DNA of 63,029 bases from an uncultured Nitrososphaerota archaeon (GTDB lineage: Archaea > Thermoproteota > EX4484-205 > JAAOZO01), in assembly GCA_964408285.1 (NCBI GenBank), contig CAYOYV010000010.1:1813-64841 (forward strand). Direction: 5' to 3'. The position numbers were made by a program, and so were the translations under genes. The first letter of the stretch is position 1. Each line of letters starts with the position of its first letter. The notes under the pieces were generated by a model. The model did no database searches and was not told where the DNA came from. It saw only the letters and a program-made list of their open reading frames with translations. This document shows positions 60,303 through 63,029 of the stretch, piece by piece.

Positions 60303-60749
60303 ATGGAAATGGGCGCCCAAGGCACGCCTGAAGATGAGGCAATGCATGGCAGACCATGCCCTTTGTGCAAGAACCTGATGTCTGTTGAAATGGCTGACGT
60401 GCAGGGATTAGCAAAAATCGCAATGTGCAAGTCTTGCGGAGCGAAATGGAAACTTTCAAGGGCTTCGCCGCCCGGCCCGATAGCTCTCAGACCAAGGTTG
60501 AGATGGCAGGCTGGGCGACAAAAAATGCTGATTGCGCAACTGATCGAACCTGGGAGCACCCAAGAGGGCAATCGATTGTTGGGCACAGCCAGGCCATTGC
60601 GATTCTGGAGTCAGATGTCTGGAACAGGACTCACCCGACCTGATTCACCCCAGATCATAAGAGAGGTCATAAAGATCAGGTGCAAATATTGCGACAACAT
60701 ATATGACATGAACCTAGGCAAGTGCCCGAACTGCGGAGCTCCCTCTTGA
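60303..60749 (+). CDS. Double zinc-ribbon protein
   Basis: CPLC..CKSC and C-terminal CKYC..CPNCGA. Start trimmed from 60219. Confidence 0.7.
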   Translation: MEMGAQGTPEDEAMHGRPCPLCKNLMSVEMADVQGLAKIAMCKSCGAKWKLSRASPPGPIALRPRLRWQAGRQKMLIAQLIEPGSTQEGNRLLGTARPLRFWSQMSGTGLTRPDSPQIIREVIKIRCKYCDNIYDMNLGKCPNCGAPS

Positions 60750-60770
60750 TATCTCAAGTGACTCTGAACA

Positions 60771-61778
60771 TTGGCTCCCAATGACGGTCGATTCAGACTG
60801 GTTCCGGTCATAGCTCTCTATTTTCTTGCACCGATGATCGGAGAGCTACTATCTGGATCCTCTCCTCCTTCCGAATTCTTCGCAATATCAGGTCTGATAA
60901 TACTACCCGCTCTCTATGGAGCGGGGGCCATAATCGTGAGGGAGCTTACAATCTCTTGGAACAAAGGTTGGGGAACCATCTGGCTTCTGGGCGCCGCGTA
61001 TGGGGTCATTGAGGAGGGTGTAATGGTCAAAAGCTGGTTCGACCCGAATTGGGTGGACCTCGGAATCCTCGGATCATATGGAAGGTGGCTTGGCGTGAAC
61101 TGGATCTGGGCATTCATGCTCACCCTCTACCATGCATCCGTAAGCATTTCCATTCCCATCTTGCTTCTTGATCTCATCCAACCAGAGTTGAGGGGCATCA
61201 GGATCACAGGAAAGTGGTCACTCAGGGTAATAGGAATCATATTCCTTGCTGACGTGATTCTGGGTTTTGTCCTCTTCCCCTACCATGCGCCCCCGGTATT
61301 GATTGGATTTGCGTTAATCATTGTAGTTCTCCTATTCATGCTCGCTAGAACTTGGCCTGCAGATCCGTCCAAGGGTTGGATTCTCAGGCGCGCTTCTACT
61401 TATTTCTTCTTTGGCTTTGTCTCGATGGTCACCTTCTACGTCATATATGGTGCTCTGCCGCACATTTTGCCCTGGCCTCTCCTCGTCTTGGCGATCGCTA
61501 TAGTGTATGTGCTGATCGTGAGATGGTTCCTGAAGAGCAGCCTGATAGGAAGCGCCAATGCATCAAGAGATTTCTGGCTCGTGGCAGGAGTCCTGGGCTT
61601 CTTCATTTTCCTGTCGCCCTTCCAGGAAATTGACAAGAACAGGATAGATAACCCTGCGGGAATGACGGTTGTCGGGTTGGCCTTCCTTGTCTTCCTTGCT
61701 TTGGTTTACCTGAAGCTCAGGAGAATAGCAGAGAACAGGCCAATCGCACTTCTGCCTCCGCCGCCACCTCCGCCATAA
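60771..61778 (+). CDS. Multi-pass membrane protein with poly-Pro C-terminus
   Basis: About nine TM segments, ELLSGSSP, AAYGVIEEG, H.S.SI..P; ends in PPPPPPP. Confidence 0.8.
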   Translation: MAPNDGRFRLVPVIALYFLAPMIGELLSGSSPPSEFFAISGLIILPALYGAGAIIVRELTISWNKGWGTIWLLGAAYGVIEEGVMVKSWFDPNWVDLGILGSYGRWLGVNWIWAFMLTLYHASVSISIPILLLDLIQPELRGIRITGKWSLRVIGIIFLADVILGFVLFPYHAPPVLIGFALIIVVLLFMLARTWPADPSKGWILRRASTYFFFGFVSMVTFYVIYGALPHILPWPLLVLAIAIVYVLIVRWFLKSSLIGSANASRDFWLVAGVLGFFIFLSPFQEIDKNRIDNPAGMTVVGLAFLVFLALVYLKLRRIAENRPIALLPPPPPPP

Positions 61779-62178
61779 TGCGGTTCTCCTCCCGACAAAG
61801 GCGCATCAAAGGAATCGGAGTAGATCCTAGGGCTCATACGAGCTCGCGCTGATCAGATTACACGCCTTTGCCAGCTATCTCTTTGTCAAGGATAACGCGA
61901 ACGACTCTTTGTATACCGTTTCGTCTTGACTTGAGCGTTGGGAATCATGTCAGGCATTTATATTGTGCCGCTACATTGTACTCTGGTACAAACCTTCTGA
62001 ATCGAGCGGTGCATCCTCATCGAAGACTTTTGGCGCGTAGAGGCCCTCGGTCCATTCAATGCTGGAATCACAAGGCTCGATTCATCTAATCGGAGTCGTT
62101 CGAGGAGAAGCTAGAGAGAGTCATTTCTCTGGCGCCTTGTTCCAAGAATTTAAATACCCTTCGCAAAATTCGAAGGCA

Positions 62179-63029
62179 ATGCTTGACGAAGCAGTCAAAA
62201 AAGCGAGAAGAACAACAGGGCTGGCGGTTGTTTTCGTCAAGGAGCATCCGGCCTCGTTCTTCCTGCTCTTGTTCGCCGTTTCACTGCTCGTAGCAATAAT
62301 TCACTTGGTGATGGGAGATAGCGCTGCCGCGAACGGTGCGGCGACGTATGGCTACTGCTTTCTGGTTCTGGCCGTGATATTTCAGGCGCTCCCAAACACC
62401 TTGATGAGCGTGTCCCTGCTGATCGCAGCGGTCGCTTCGCTTTCTGTGTTCGGGGTTCTCAGTTTGGATGTGTTGTCGTATCCGTCTTTCTTACTTTCCA
62501 CAGCAACCATACTCTCTCTCTACTACGCGCTATTCCATGAGACTCGTCCGTTGGGATCCATCTCCTTCAGGGGCACCGCGATACCGACTGTCAAGTTAAT
62601 CATCGAAGTCATGGTAATCCTCAGTCCTTTGGTTTCTCTAACCCTGGATCCAAACTCGATATTCGGACCGGTAAGAATGCTTCTCCTCTTTGTTACATTC
62701 ACCTTCTCTATAGGTTATGTCGTACTGGAATTGATCGGTGGTAATATGCTTCTATCCCTCGATGATTTTTGCGTGGCCACAGGACTCGGAATATCCTTGA
62801 CGGCGCTTGTCTCGATCCTCTTCTCCGCTGTTCGATTGCCAGTGGGTCTGTCAGTGTCACTAGTCTACGCGCTCATTGGCTGTATCTCGTTGACGAGAAG
62901 GTCGATCTCAGGTAGGTCCTTTGTGGAAAGGAATGCAGGTTTGGATTACAGTGCGTCTTCTATATCCTTGCTCATCTTGGTTCTTCTTTTCTTTCTTCTG
63001 GGCACAATCCTCGTCACGGGCAAGTCAGT
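62179..63029 (+). CDS. Multi-pass membrane protein, runs off the right edge
   Basis: Not in the ORF track. ATG at 62179 opens MLDEAVKKARRTTGLAVVFVKEHPASFFLLLFAVSLL..., hydrophobic and open to the window end. TTTAAATA at 62149-56. Confidence 0.75.
   Translation, partial: MLDEAVKKARRTTGLAVVFVKEHPASFFLLLFAVSLLVAIIHLVMGDSAAANGAATYGYCFLVLAVIFQALPNTLMSVSLLIAAVASLSVFGVLSLDVLSYPSFLLSTATILSLYYALFHETRPLGSISFRGTAIPTVKLIIEVMVILSPLVSLTLDPNSIFGPVRMLLLFVTFTFSIGYVVLELIGGNMLLSLDDFCVATGLGISLTALVSILFSAVRLPVGLSVSLVYALIGCISLTRRSISGRSFVERNAGLDYSASSISLLILVLLFFLLGTILVTGKS

Noticed and set aside
61780-62170. 400-nt gap containing a 73-aa ORF
   Set aside because: Composition is not protein-like, and no repeat or RNA signature was seen.
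1-63029. CRISPR arrays, IS elements, integrases, rRNA
   Set aside because: No regularly spaced repeats, transposase or integrase motifs, or rRNA-like tracts were seen by eye. Short or degenerate elements could have been missed.

Overview
Archaeal chromosomal window: a TBP gene, a form III RuBisCO, a PriS-like primase, and TATA-type promoters about 25-30 nt upstream of many starts. Gene content suggests a TACK-related heterotroph such as Bathyarchaeia or Brockarchaeota; this is inference only. The window is dominated by carbohydrate-catabolic genes: five Gfo/Idh/MocA oxidoreductases, xylose isomerase plus xylulokinase, rhamnulokinase, GH38, a GH27/36-like enzyme, a membrane-anchored clan GH-A enzyme, a BNR sialidase-like protein, a heparinase II/III-like protein, two ceramidase-like hydrolases, two paralogous amidohydrolases and an HpcH aldolase. 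It also has peptidases, a B12-radical SAM enzyme, MgtA and small zinc-ribbon proteins. No rRNA, tRNA, CRISPR array or mobile element was recognised. Most notable: (i) an uncharacterised three-gene module of two proteins sharing an EL..xG[IV]..E.A.RI...SP motif (one membrane-anchored) plus a coiled-coil wHTH, with a direct-repeat operator, directly downstream of an orphan PriS paralog; (ii) a probable oxidation/elimination glycoside-cleavage cluster; (iii) a microhomology junction fusing a BMP nucleoside-binding gene to an adenine deaminase tail; (iv) a palindromic triple-TATA tbp promoter; (v) further 5'-truncated genes (ppa, C39 peptidase) and unannotated metal-binding microproteins. All product calls come from motif recognition by eye; no database search was run.
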